A DNA stretch of 60,413 nucleotides, filler included, from 6 parts of 6 records of this genome joined end to end with filler, not necessarily neighbours in it, one strand, 5' to 3'; positions 31,650-42,900 are shown, numbered from the whole stretch's first letter. Translations and numbers: made by a program. Notes: generated by a model from the sequence alone, not told the origin.

Positions 31650-32212
31650 ATCGAAGGGAATCCCGGTGTCGCGGTCAGACTGGCCACCTGAATCCCTTTT
31701 TCAATATCCTGCGTGATCGGCGAAGCACCGCGATCGTTCGGCGAATAAGCGCGCACTGCGGTCCCAATGTAATTATCGGGAGTAACCCGCGTCCGATCCA
31801 AGTAGCCATTCCCCACTCCCGCCGCGGTCCAGCCGCGCTTGGTCTTGGCGACCAGATTGTGCGCGACCGGAAATCCTAGATCTCCGAAGAAAATCACGGT
31901 CATCCCTGCCCGCAGTTCCTCAAAAGCCTGCTCTTGAATCACGAGCACCGTGCGGTGTTTGTAGAGCGGCTGCATCGAATCACCGCTCCCGACGACCACA
32001 TCTCCACCGGGAAGTGATTTCGCTTCAGCCAAGGCGCGATGCCAGGCCGCTCTGAGCGGCATATACTCCGGTTTAGGCGAATGAGTCGTATCCACCGGTC
32101 CCGTCAATTTCGGCGCGGGTGTGGTTCCGCATCCCGTTCCCAAAACCATCAGCACAAGCACGAGCAAGAGCCCGGCCGTTTTGGCTATTGAACTGGAAGA
32201 GGGTGTTGCCAC
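31643..32212 (-). CDS. Lipoprotein with S24/S26 peptidase-like domain
   Basis: Lipobox LGTGC, SGDSMQPLY and VAHNLV. Confidence 0.65.
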   Translation of the reverse strand: MATPSSSSIAKTAGLLLVLVLMVLGTGCGTTPAPKLTGPVDTTHSPKPEYMPLRAAWHRALAEAKSLPGGDVVVGSGDSMQPLYKHRTVLVIQEQAFEELRAGMTVIFFGDLGFPVAHNLVAKTKRGWTAAGVGNGYLDRTRVTPDNYIGTAVRAYSPNDRGASPITQDIEKGIQVASLTATPGFPSIQ

Positions 32213-32520
32213 CCCTTCATATTGCCTTCAAATCGCGAAATTGCCCATAGGGGCGAACGAGGTATCGCTCCTCCTTAAAAATCTTATATTAGCTCAATTT
32301 TCCTCCCATCCCATTAAAGGGAAATTCCTCATCGCATCCGCGTATCCCGAATACCACTGAGGGATTTTCCCAATGTATCTCAGATCAATTCCTCCGATAC
32401 GCGTGGGTCATGCAAAGATAATGAAGCCTGATTGGCACTCCATCCCTCGGTAATCCTGGGGAATTGTAAATACGCTGTAAACAAGCCCTGAGGACTTATC
32501 CGACGCCACTGAAGCAAAAA

Positions 32521-33270
32521 TTAGACGTCCGTGGGCGTCACTTCTTCGAGCGGCTCCCGAACATTCTCACATTCCGCGACATCACCCCAATGACCTTGCG
32601 GGCGTGCCCATTCGGCCGCGTTCGCAATGACTCGACGCACATTTTTATCGAAATAGGTCGGATACGTTTCATGGCCTGGACGGAAGTAAAAAATTCTGCC
32701 GTTGCCACGATGCCAGCAGCATCCGCTGCGAAACACTTCGCCTCCTTCAAACCAGGAAATAAACACCTGTTCATCAGGTGTCGGAATCGCGAATGGCTCC
32801 CCATACATTTCCTCTTGTGCGAGTTCGAAATACTTCCCGACACCCTGAGCAATCGGATGGCCGGGATTACAGACCCAGAGTCGTTCCCGTTCTCCGATCT
32901 CCCGCCATGTTAGCGAACACGCGGTGCCGAGCAGTCGCTTGAATATCTTCGCGAAATGTCCCGAGTGTAAGACGATCAGGCCCATGCCTTGCAGCACGCG
33001 CTGCTGCACCCGATCAACGATCCTATCCTCTACCTGATCGTGAGCGCAATGTCCCCACCACACCAGGACATCGGTATTGGCCAAGCGTTCTTCGGTGAGA
33101 CCATGATCAGGTTCCTGTAAAGTCGCGGTCGACACTTCAGCGTGGGCCAGCAACTCGCTAATTCCCTGGCCGATGACCGTGTGCATCCCATCAGGATAAA
33201 TCTCCGCCACCGCAGGCATTTTGTGCTCATGCACATTTTCTCCCCAAACAATTACGCGTAATGGTTCCAT
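32521..33270 (-). CDS. ThuA domain (trehalose utilization) protein
   Basis: Motifs [23 protein letters not shown] and [10 protein letters not shown]. Confidence 0.92.
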   Translation of the reverse strand: MEPLRVIVWGENVHEHKMPAVAEIYPDGMHTVIGQGISELLAHAEVSTATLQEPDHGLTEERLANTDVLVWWGHCAHDQVEDRIVDRVQQRVLQGMGLIVLHSGHFAKIFKRLLGTACSLTWREIGERERLWVCNPGHPIAQGVGKYFELAQEEMYGEPFAIPTPDEQVFISWFEGGEVFRSGCCWHRGNGRIFYFRPGHETYPTYFDKNVRRVIANAAEWARPQGHWGDVAECENVREPLEEVTPTDV

Positions 33271-33321
33271 GGAGAGAAGGATTTGCAGTTTTAGGAAAGC
33301 AGGGCCAGAAACAAAGGCCTT

Positions 33322-34044
33322 ATGACACAACCTGTCATTTACCCCGAGAACCGTCTTCAGAGCACGATCCTCTCCGAACGTCCTCAGGAACGGATGCTCA
33401 GACTCGGGGCCAGCAGCCTGAGCGACACCGAATTACTTGCCATGCTGCTTCGGAGCGGAACCCGTGGAATGGATGTTCTTTCACTCGCCGGTAAACTCAT
33501 CAAAGAGGCTGGCTCACTGGCAGGACTGATCAGTTGGCAGGTCGGAGATTATCGACGACTCAAAGGGATTGGCCCCATCAAGGCGCTCCAACTCGTGACC
33601 GTGATGGAAGTCGCGCGGCGCGTTCTCGTGCAGGAAAAAGGAGAGTCTCCCCTCCTCAATCAAGCTGATCGCGTGGCCGCCTATCTTCAACCCATTGCCC
33701 AAGGCCTGACGGTCGAGAAATTCTGGGTGCTCTCCTTAAACCGCCGCAATCGGTTGATCAAATGCACCGAGATCACCTCCGGCACGGCCACCGCAACATT
33801 AGCACATCCGCGCGAAGTTTTCAGGGTCGCGATCAATCACTCAGCCACCGCAATCATCTGCGCCCACAACCATCCCTCCGGGGATCCCAGCCCCAGTTCG
33901 GCCGACATCAAAATCACCCGACAACTCCGGGATGCCGCCAGCACCGTTGATATCGAATTTCTCGATCACATTATTCTTGGGCGCACCGCAAACGATCCCA
34001 CCGCACAGGGTTACTATAGCTTCCGTGAAGCGGGGGTAATATAG
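33322..34044 (+). CDS. radC: RadC/UPF0758 JAB-domain protein
   Basis: Motifs [31 protein letters not shown] and LDHII. Confidence 0.93.
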   Translation: MTQPVIYPENRLQSTILSERPQERMLRLGASSLSDTELLAMLLRSGTRGMDVLSLAGKLIKEAGSLAGLISWQVGDYRRLKGIGPIKALQLVTVMEVARRVLVQEKGESPLLNQADRVAAYLQPIAQGLTVEKFWVLSLNRRNRLIKCTEITSGTATATLAHPREVFRVAINHSATAIICAHNHPSGDPSPSSADIKITRQLRDAASTVDIEFLDHIILGRTANDPTAQGYYSFREAGVI

Positions 34045-34102
34045 GATCGCGTAGATCGTGTTACCGGTTGAATAAACATGGTTTGGATATTAATTTCGCG
34101 AC

Positions 34103-34467
34103 ATGCCTTCCTCCCCGGATACAGCTCAACGCAGCCGAGCGATTGTTTCACGTTTGAAACAGTCTCAGGTCTATCGCGACTACGAGAAGGCATTTGGGAA
34201 CACGATCGGGCTACCGTTGAATCTCCGTCCTTTGGCAGCGTTTGATCTGCCTCATCACGGCTCGACGCAGGAAAATCCATTTTGCGCGCTGATGGCCAAG
34301 ACCAATCAGACTTGTTCGGCCTGCCTCCAACTCCAGAGCAAAATCGAGCAGGAAGCCCAAATGGAGCCCAAGACCCTCAAATGTTTTGCCGGACTCTGCG
34401 ATTCATCAGTTCCGATAAGAGTCGGAGATGGCCTCGTCGCGTTTCTGCAAACCGGCCAAATTCTGCT
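34103..34467 (+). CDS. PocR ligand-binding domain regulator, probably AraC type (3' truncated)
   Basis: Cys pattern NPFCAL...CSAC...CFAGLCD..VPI...LQTGQ. Confidence 0.75.
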
Positions 34468-34567
34468 NNNNNNNNNNNNNNNNNNNNNNNNNNNNNNNNN
34501 NNNNNNNNNNNTTAATTAATTAANNNNNNNNNNNNNNNNNNNNNNNNNNNNNNNNNNNNNNNNNNNN
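34468..34567. other. Artificial contig spacer
   Basis: N-run containing TTAATTAATTAA. Confidence 0.98.
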
Positions 34568-34771
34568 TTGGGGATACTGGCCATTTGTTCAGTTTGTCAA
34601 TGGTTTTGCGTAAAGGTTGACGTCAGGCGCCGTCTTTGGCCAGGCTCGTTCCATCGAGAGAGCGCCGGGGAACTCGACGTCAAGAAGCGAGAGCGTGCGG
34701 CTCTTTAACCACTCCGTCAGGTGATCGCCCCTCTCATTAGAGAGCCTTGGCGGAGAGTGTGAGCGAGGTAT

Positions 34772-35107
34772 CTAGCGTCTCATCCACGGATTATCACGCA
34801 AGCGATAGGCGATGATGATCGCGTCCACAAACGCGATGAGGTGGATGATCCACCCGAGCAAGACGAACCATGCGATAAGCGCTGCGATAAAGAGCAGGAA
34901 AGCTTTTCCAAACTGATGATTGTAAAACTGACCAGCGCCGACAAAGGCGAGGCTCAAAACACCTGCGGCGAGGCAATGAAGCATCGTCTTGCCATCAGCG
35001 GGCCTTGCTGGCGCGCTGATCGGTTCACGAGTGGCGCGCACGATCATCCCGACCACACCTGCGAGGATGCAAAGCAGTAGGATGCCAAGGGTGATGTTCG
35101 CGTCCAT
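34772..35107 (-). CDS. Small membrane protein
   Basis: AAGGAG RBS, three hydrophobic segments and GAGQFYN motif. Confidence 0.75.
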   Translation of the reverse strand: MDANITLGILLLCILAGVVGMIVRATREPISAPARPADGKTMLHCLAAGVLSLAFVGAGQFYNHQFGKAFLLFIAALIAWFVLLGWIIHLIAFVDAIIIAYRLRDNPWMRR

Positions 35108-35126
35108 GGATTCTTCTCCTTTTTAA

Positions 35127-35566
35127 GAGGCTATTTCAAAACGGGGTTAGCAGAATCTGAGAAGCTGCTTCCAAGCGATGCAGAAAGCGGCGATTTGATG
35201 AAGAGCGTTCCAGGTTAAGAACTGGCGAGCATCTCGAATGCGAATCTTGCGATAGCCATCAAACCAGGCAAAGGTGCGTTCGACAGGCCAGCGCCTCTTC
35301 CCCAGGTGCTCCCCTGCGCGGCTCTTGGTGACAAACCTGGCTTCCATGTTCCTCTCGTTGACCGCCTTGTAGCAGGGCGTCACGGCATAAGCACTGTCGG
35401 CATACAGCTCCTCGAACTTGCGCTTTGGTCTCCCTCGCTTGTAACGCACTCCGCCCTCGCGCATCCTGCGCCAGCATGTGACGCCGCTGACGCCGAAGGC
35501 ATCGCTGGGGAGCATGTTCCACTGCATGCCTGTTCCGCGATGGAAGCTAAACAGTTCGAGCCCCAA
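35127..35566 (-). mobile_element. IS5-family remnant (internally deleted transposase plus right end)
   Basis: N-terminal motif GMQWNMLPSDAFGVSGVTCWRRMRE is fused to the C-terminal LYADSAY and KRRWPVERTFAWF. IS5-like end TTTTGAAATAGCCTC-TTA at 35141-35124. Confidence 0.8.
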
Positions 35567-35605
35567 GCGAACCTTCCCAGCAAGAATGTTGGTTACATGA
35601 GGCGC

Positions 35606-38600
35606 TTATCGACGACGAAAACCCAGGAGCGTTGCAAAAAATCCAAGTAGAACAATCAAAAAGGAATTGGAGTTGTGATGTGGTGCAAAACCAACGCTCG
35701 AACACGAGCGGCTTTCTAGCCCTGATTGTTCTTTCTCGGGGACTCTCCAATCCGGAAAGTCCTCGACGTACTCGATGTCTGCATCACAGGCATCATCTAT
35801 CCCATCCCTGTCGATATCTGTGGGACGCGGAGAGGCAACGGTACGACAAGAGTCGACTCCATCTTCCAGGCCATCATCATCGGAATCCGTGTCAAGCAAG
35901 TCAGGCGTGCCATCACCATCGGTATCTACAGGCATCTCCCAATCGCCGACCTCCTCCTCATCGAGGATACCATCGCCGTCATCATCATCATGGAAGGGAT
36001 CGAAACCTCGCGCCTGATCCTCGTCATCGGCTATACCGTTGCCATCCACATCACCTGCGAGTACACGGATCGTGAGTGTTCCGCTCGTGCTTTGTGAGCC
36101 ATCTGATGCCTCGAAGACCAGCTCGTGCTCCCCGAGTTGCTCGTAGGTTGGTTTCCATACCAACTCCCCTCCAAGGAATGTCACGCCTTCAGGAGGCGAC
36201 GAGACCAACCTCAGCGAGGTTGCCTCTCCGTCGACCTCGACCACCATCACGCGGTAGGACAGATGCTCCCCGGAAATCACCTCGAGTGTCTCGGGCAGGT
36301 CAGGCAATCTCGGCGCATCAGGGATCGCATCGATGGTCACATTGATCTTTGCAGGGACGGAAGCGAGGTTGGCGACCGCGCGAAACTCGAACACATCCTC
36401 GCCGTTGTAATCGGGCGAGGGCGTGTACGTGACCTGGTCACCATCGAGGATGACTTCGCCATGAAGAGGAGGTGAGGCAATTTCGAAGCGGATGGCCTGA
36501 CGTTCCTCATCGGACAAGCTCGCCGAGAGTGTGGTCGTGATTGGAGTGTCTTCGTTTGTTGTGAGCTCTTTAGCCATGACCACAGGTCGGTCTTCAACCG
36601 AAAGTACCTCGATGGTGACTACAGCGCTTTGTGAGGGCTCAAAGCCATCCAGCGCCTGGTAGGAGAATCCATCGATGCCGTGAAAATTCTCATCTGGCGT
36701 GTAGCGGAACCCGTCGGCTGTCTTTTCGAGCTTCCCGTGACCTACGTTCGAGGCGATACGAAATTCGAGAGAATCGCCATCTGCATCGCTCGCAGTGGGC
36801 ACAATCGCGAGCGATGTATCCTCGGGTGTCTCGAGACGTTCATCTTCCGTGATCGGTGCTTGGTTGGTGTTAAACAGGTAGAGTCGACCATCTTCGTCAG
36901 GATCGGATGCATCCGTCTCCCGGGTCGTCGTGATGGCGACCATACGCTTTGACACCTCGAGCGCATCAGCAATCGGACCTGCCGTACGAGGATAACTAAA
37001 CGTGAGCACCTCGCCGACATCCTCCCATCCTTCCGGCGCACCAGCATCCTCGTACAAAACATGCACGCCACCAGCCATACCCTCAAATTGGGTTTGCTGC
37101 GGTAGCAGTGGGGTTCTCGACGCGCTGGCATAAAGCGTATTTTCATCATGGACGATCCTGCGACCAAACCGAGCCATGGATAAAGGGACAGAGGAAGAAA
37201 TCCGACCAGTGTAAACCCAGGGGAAGTTGGGTGGGCCTGTTTTCTTGTAGACCTCGATATCCCCTGCAAAAAGGTCCGCGACACCCGTCGGGAATGTGCT
37301 CACATAAAGCGTATCCCCAACGAGGTGGACATCCTGTGCGAAGTAACCATCACTTTGGGGCTCCAGGATTTGTTCGAGCTGCCAACCTGCGTTGTGGCGT
37401 GCGTAGACATAGACTCTTCCAATACGATTGGTTCCATTTTGATAGTCGCCTGCCGCAACTGCGAGTTGATTCTTGGCAAGTGAAAGCCGCTTTCCAAACG
37501 ATTGCCCTGCGCGGACATCATTGGGAGTAAGCTTTGTAGATAATCCCCACGATTCTGGACCTCCTGCATCACGCTCGTAGACATAAACAGCACCCGTGGA
37601 GCTGCTGAGTTCCGAACCAACTGCGAGGACTCCGTTTTGCATTTGCAGCGCAGAAGTGCCGTAGAACCGCTCTTTTTCAAACAACTCGAGCATGGTGGAA
37701 GTGCCAGGGGAGTGGACAAGATGAAGCAGCCACTGCGCATTGACCTGCCTGTAAATCCAGACGCTCCGTGACACCGGGTCTTTGTGTACAGAGAGCGCGA
37801 GCCAATCTCCCTCTCTGGTGATGTTGTAAGCATAGATCGAGTTGGCGTGCACGAATGTGGAGGGAGGTCTGAGTTCTCCAGTTTTACCCCAGGCATTGGT
37901 TCCGCCAGCGTGACGCTCGTGGAAAAACAAAGCACCGTAACGTGGTGCGTTGGTGGCCTCTTTGTGGGCTCCGATCAGAAGCGTATCGCCATCGAGCAGG
38001 AAAGGATGACGCGACGCACGATCCCCCCACTCGGGAACCTCGATAGAAACTTGCTCGAACTGGAAAGTCGGGTCGATTTTGATGGGAAACGTTGCTCCTC
38101 GAGCATCCACCTCCAAGGTGTAGCTCACGCCCTCCGTGCATTGCATGTGCTCACGCAATGAAAACGCTGTGGGCAAGGGCCGCCCTGTATCGTCCCAAGC
38201 CTCGAGTCGATCGATCCTCAGCTTGACCCCCTGATCGTTCACCAAACGCACGACGCTTGCCGCATCCAACAGTTCTGCTGATGCAATGCCCTTGAGGCAC
38301 CAAGTCCAAGTCAGCGTTCTCCCATCGCCAACAGGCTCTTCGATGGTCAAACCGTGCTCGATCCCTCTCGAGGTGGTCTTGTACCACTCGAGCGTTTTGT
38401 CCCTCTCATAAACAACCTGTTCCCTGGAGAACACAGGCTCTACGGCACTGGATTTCTCGCCCTCCGACCCACCGATCCAGCGCGCGAAAAACAGTGGTCC
38501 GTCAGCGCTCCAAAGCCCCCAACCATCACGCCGAAAATGTGCTGACAACGCCGCATCTTCCGACGTCAACACTGGCCCATTGTATTGATCTTGCGTGGCG

Positions 38601-38680
38601 AACGTTGCTGGCTGAGACCCATCACAGGCAAACAGGCACAACGCAATGTAGGCAAATAAAGTCGTCCTCAAACATCTCAC
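35606..38680 (-). CDS. Surface protein: FG-GAP propeller, tandem Ig/cadherin-like repeats, TSP3-like Ca-binding repeats and MYXO-CTERM-like tail
   Basis: Possible lipobox LFAC; FPIKIDP; GAVYVYER/GRVYVY repeats; YTPDENFHGIDGFSY and YTPSPDYNGEDVFEF; DTDGDG/DSDDDG; tail SCSSVG...FLIVLLGFFATLLGFRRR. Confidence 0.8.
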   Translation of the reverse strand: MRCLRTTLFAYIALCLFACDGSQPATFATQDQYNGPVLTSEDAALSAHFRRDGWGLWSADGPLFFARWIGGSEGEKSSAVEPVFSREQVVYERDKTLEWYKTTSRGIEHGLTIEEPVGDGRTLTWTWCLKGIASAELLDAASVVRLVNDQGVKLRIDRLEAWDDTGRPLPTAFSLREHMQCTEGVSYTLEVDARGATFPIKIDPTFQFEQVSIEVPEWGDRASRHPFLLDGDTLLIGAHKEATNAPRYGALFFHERHAGGTNAWGKTGELRPPSTFVHANSIYAYNITREGDWLALSVHKDPVSRSVWIYRQVNAQWLLHLVHSPGTSTMLELFEKERFYGTSALQMQNGVLAVGSELSSSTGAVYVYERDAGGPESWGLSTKLTPNDVRAGQSFGKRLSLAKNQLAVAAGDYQNGTNRIGRVYVYARHNAGWQLEQILEPQSDGYFAQDVHLVGDTLYVSTFPTGVADLFAGDIEVYKKTGPPNFPWVYTGRISSSVPLSMARFGRRIVHDENTLYASASRTPLLPQQTQFEGMAGGVHVLYEDAGAPEGWEDVGEVLTFSYPRTAGPIADALEVSKRMVAITTTRETDASDPDEDGRLYLFNTNQAPITEDERLETPEDTSLAIVPTASDADGDSLEFRIASNVGHGKLEKTADGFRYTPDENFHGIDGFSYQALDGFEPSQSAVVTIEVLSVEDRPVVMAKELTTNEDTPITTTLSASLSDEERQAIRFEIASPPLHGEVILDGDQVTYTPSPDYNGEDVFEFRAVANLASVPAKINVTIDAIPDAPRLPDLPETLEVISGEHLSYRVMVVEVDGEATSLRLVSSPPEGVTFLGGELVWKPTYEQLGEHELVFEASDGSQSTSGTLTIRVLAGDVDGNGIADDEDQARGFDPFHDDDDGDGILDEEEVGDWEMPVDTDGDGTPDLLDTDSDDDGLEDGVDSCRTVASPRPTDIDRDGIDDACDADIEYVEDFPDWRVPEKEQSGLESRSCSSVGFAPHHNSNSFLIVLLGFFATLLGFRRR

Positions 38681-38719
38681 GAATTCTTCCCCGATACTTG
38701 TTTGGGAAAAGGCAGCGCA

Positions 38720-39808
38720 TCACTCGAGCAAGTCTTCGTTCGAGGAGCGCCCACAGGCGTTTTCAGGGGTGTGATACTGGCAGATGCCGTCGGTGCACGC
38801 CCTGCCTTGTTTGCAATCCGCGCTATACTCGCAAACCTCGCCATCTTCGAACGGTTGGGTGCAATAACGAGCCGAGCCACAGACGAGGTCGAGGCGGCAC
38901 TTTGATGTCTGGAAAGCACAGCCATCGAACTCTTGCAGACGCGTTTCTTCGGTCAGCCTCACACAGACAAACTCGTCTACACCTGGCTCGACGCGCTCAC
39001 AATCCAAGCCATCTGGTGCGCAACCGAAACCCTTGGAGGCATAACAAGACTCTCCCTCCAACGCACGTCTTACACAAACGCTGTCGACGCAATCCAAACC
39101 ACCACGACACGCGGGATCTGGAACATCACACGCTTCTCCGAGCTCGCGATAACGAATGCATGTGCCCAAGCGACAGTATTGGCCCCGGCCACACTCGCCA
39201 GGCGTACACGAGTCACCTGGCTTCAGCGGATCGATACAGTGGTGTTCGCAACGACTACTTCCTAACTCGGTGACCTGGTTATCGCAGTGGCCGCTCTTAC
39301 AGGCAAAGTCATGCCAACACGCTTGGCCATTCTCTCTCGAGCCGCGAATGTCACAACCTGGGGGAAGAACGCGTTGGGCATCGTAGACATCAAGGCAGCC
39401 TGCCTCTTCCCACGCCATCGTGCATTTCTGAATCGTGGCAGTATCAGTAGCAACCGCGCCGACCTCGGGTTTGACAAAGCCCCACTGGCTCAGGCGTTCG
39501 AGGCACGTCGGGATGTCCCCAAACAACAGCGTGAATCCATCAGCGTAGCACTCCTTGTAGCGCTCACACCGCGTGGTGAAGAACTCGAGCAATGCCTCGG
39601 TCTTGAGCTCTTCTTCGCTTGGTGGAGCGCCCTGATCCATATCGAGGGCCATGTCCATGGGCATATCTGGTGTGGAGGAGGACGCCATATCCGATGCTCC
39701 TGACATGTCGCTGTGAGTCGTGTCGCCATCGGAACATCCGGCCAAAACTAGCGGGAGTAAAATGAGAAACCACGAAAATATGAATTCTTCGGTATATGCA
39801 TTGCTCAA
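38720..39808 (-). CDS. Cys-rich lipoprotein (Dickkopf/EB-like repeats)
   Basis: TTG start after AGGAG, lipobox VLAGC, DM-rich linker and many GxxC...C..GLxC repeats. Confidence 0.78.
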   Translation of the reverse strand: MSNAYTEEFIFSWFLILLPLVLAGCSDGDTTHSDMSGASDMASSSTPDMPMDMALDMDQGAPPSEEELKTEALLEFFTTRCERYKECYADGFTLLFGDIPTCLERLSQWGFVKPEVGAVATDTATIQKCTMAWEEAGCLDVYDAQRVLPPGCDIRGSRENGQACWHDFACKSGHCDNQVTELGSSRCEHHCIDPLKPGDSCTPGECGRGQYCRLGTCIRYRELGEACDVPDPACRGGLDCVDSVCVRRALEGESCYASKGFGCAPDGLDCERVEPGVDEFVCVRLTEETRLQEFDGCAFQTSKCRLDLVCGSARYCTQPFEDGEVCEYSADCKQGRACTDGICQYHTPENACGRSSNEDLLE

Positions 39809-39903
39809 AACAAACTCCTGGAACCTCTTCGTAATGGGAGCGGGAGCATGAAACCGAAAAACTAAGGATTTTGCAAGAATATCATTTTCCAACCGTATCA
39901 ATT

Positions 39904-39917
39904 TTGATACTAATCAA
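39904..39917. promoter_or_regulatory. Perfect FNR-consensus palindrome in a divergent promoter
   Basis: TTGAT-ACTA-ATCAA. Confidence 0.5.
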
Positions 39918-39932
39918 GTGCATGACTTCAAG

Positions 39933-39967
39933 ATCTTCCAGTTAATTATCGCATCTTCCAGTTAATT
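39933..39967. repeat. 15-bp direct repeat ATCTTCCAGTTAATT x2 (20-bp period)
   Basis: Copies at 39933-39947 and 39953-39967. Confidence 0.85.
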
Positions 39968-39995
39968 TTTACTCTATCCATCAAGAAAAAAGTCA

Positions 39996-42900
39996 ATGAA
40001 GCAAAACATTTTTGCCCTCTGTACACTTTCACTTGTTCTCCTCGGGACATCCTGTACCGAACAACCTCAAACCAACCTAAAGACGTCAAACTCCCCCACT
40101 ACTATGGTCACGCCCACGACAATGACTCAAGCCGTTGTGGGTTCTTCATGTGAGGCCAACCTTTTTGAGCCCATCGAAGACGGATGTGAAGGAAGGTGGT
40201 CATACCGCAATCCTTCTGAATGCTATGAAGAAGCGCGTCACCCAGCGTGTGGTTATGAGCTTCTCCCTGGCAGCGGGCTCGAATGCGACGAAACCAGGGG
40301 AGTCTTTGTATCTTATGAAGATTGTTCCTCAAATATGCTTGGGGATCCCTACATTCTCTCAAATACAACCGAACTTGTCGAAGTACGGTTGGTTTCAGAG
40401 TACATGCAGGTGCTCTATGGCTCCGACTCCAACGCTGCACTCACAGATATCCAAAATATCCTCGGAGATGCCTGTGGTGCTTATGGCATAAAGGAAATCG
40501 GTGAAATCGCCAAACAATGTGCTCCTCTTGCAAGGGGGGTAGGAGAGCAGGATGAACTGGACGATTTGCTTACTTCGCTTGGGGTAATCACCAAAACACT
40601 CGATCACATCCGCGCCTGCCCTCAAGTCAGTGGAAACCCACTAAAATCACTCGAGTTCCGAGGCACAAGTGCCTACCTCGGACTTGAATGTCGTCGGCAA
40701 GAAGACGACTTCAACCGTTTGGCAAGTTGGTTGGAGCAACTTCGAGGGTGCCCGAGCAACGCTACGGAAAATCTGGTCGCTACGCTCATGAGCACTTTCT
40801 ATCAACACGTTGCTTCCAACCTCGAGGAGGTTGTCGGGCAGTATTGCACACCAGAAGCGCAACAGGGCGTGTACATCGAAATCATGGAGGCCATCGAACG
40901 TTATCTGGGTGGCGCTGGTTGGGAAGAATACATCCAGGATCAACTCGAGCTTCAATGTGAGCAAAAGTGCAGAGAGCGACTGAAATACACCAACTCGGAT
41001 GGTGAAGAAGTCTACATGCTCGATGCCGAATGTGAAACGTCAGTGGCCAATGTTACTGAGGCGAGCTCAGAAAGTGGTGCGATCTTTGCTGGCGAATGTC
41101 AGATGACGATCCGGGTGCCCGAAGAATACCAAAGCTACCTCAGTGAGAAGACGTGCCGAACGAAGGAGAATGGAGTTACGGACCCATCTGAATGTGGCGT
41201 GGACCATGCTGGAGAAGAAGTCCATTACACGGGCTTGGGTCTCGAGCGGGAGCAGGTCCTGCGCATGTATGAGGGAGAAGTTGTTCCACAGACATTGCAA
41301 TGCCTTACAGGCGACGATATCGCGGTCGACTGGACGAATGTCTCTCCCCTCGAACTTTCCGCACTGAAGTCACGTGTTCTCACCGGTTACCTTGACAGGG
41401 ATGCAACCTCCGGTGCGGACGGCGAGTCGATGAAGGACATGCTTGCTGCTCGCCTGATGCTGCTGTCAGAGTTGTACGGAGATGGCCCTCTTCACAAGGG
41501 AGAAAGCCAGGCAGACAGCAAGAACAGGGCATTCATCCTCAACACCGCTGAACTCTATGAAAGGCATCCAAATGCTCGCCCGAGTTGCGGTCCTGAGCTT
41601 GATGAGAGTGGAAATTGTAACCAGGATGGTTCGGCAACCGTCAATGTGACGGAACTATCCAACAGTTTTGCCGTTGGTCATGGGCTCAGCGAAAATTCTC
41701 TGTTTGCCTACCCGCTCGGGATCGTCTCCATCCCCTTTGGATTCCATGGATATGATTTCCTGATGCTCGATCCAACAGCTCCTTCACCAGATACACAATC
41801 AGCAGGATACGCAGAATTCGCCGTGGATCGTCCCACCACAGTGACAATCCTGTTCGACCGTGCAGGGGCAAACTACAGATCTTACCTCATCGATCAGGGT
41901 TGGGAAGTTCAGGAAGTCGCCGATCTGATCATCTTCGATATTAGCGACGGTTCCAAGGCGGCCTATTACGCAGCGACAAAGGATTTTGCCGAGTCCGCGT
42001 CTGTCATGCGAACAATCAGGGTTCCGGGACATGAAATCTCCTTCAATGGCAACCGAGATACAGACACAAAACGACCCATCATTCTCTTCCGGGCCATGGA
42101 TATCGAAGCTGTTGTCGACATGTGTCATCGCTATACCGACGAGCAGATTCTCGCTGGAATGGACTCCAATTTCCATCATCCCATTGTGGCGCGCTGTGCA
42201 TCGAGGTTCGATACGGGGCTTGATGCCTCGAGCGAGATGGATGCTCGAGCGGGGGTAACCGCTTGTACGGACTTTGCAGCTCAACATGCTGCTGAAGATG
42301 TTTCGGAGATACTTGCGTTTGATGTTCCACTCCGATCGAATGTCATCGTTCCTGCCGACAGCAATATCCCTCCAGGAAATGCCGCAAAACTCGACCAGCA
42401 AGTTTTGCGTTTGAACAATTGGGTCAAGAGTGTTGAAGGACATGCAACGCCAACGGAAGTTTACCTGGGGGCAACTGAGGTAACCGGTGCAATTCACGGA
42501 AGCCTAGGAAGCGTGCTTCCTTTTGCTAGTGATGTGATGGATCCTACAGATCCTCAAAAATCGACGCGAGATGCTCTGCAAATGCGTTATAGAGGCATTA
42601 TTGATTCTGCCCAAGATATGGACCTCACAATTTTGTTAAGTAAGTGGCAATATGATATCCATGCCGAACTACTTAAATCTACGCAACGCATTAATTCATC
42701 GGATTACCTAAGGACCATGGTAACGCAAGATGCAATTGAAATTCTTGTGTCCAAAATCGATTCTTATTCAGACTTGTTTGATATAGGATGTGCCTTGTCC
42801 CCAACCTGTGGTCGTGACTCTAATACAGGTTACCTTCACGAAACCTCTATAACTAAAGTCTGGAGACTCTTTCAGACGTTACTTGATGACAGCGCAGATA

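Noticed and set aside
33322-34044. radC as a marker of a mobile element or defence island
   Set aside because: It is the full-length chromosomal type among housekeeping genes, with no integrase nearby.
34617-34683. TTGACGTC...GACGTCAA inverted repeat as an attC site or ncRNA
   Set aside because: Only an 8-bp stem, no RYYYAAC/GTTRRRY ends and no second copy.
35770-36060. Repetitive CATC/GTC-rich DNA as a repeat array
   Set aside because: Explained by Asp-rich DxDxDG coding repeats on the minus strand.
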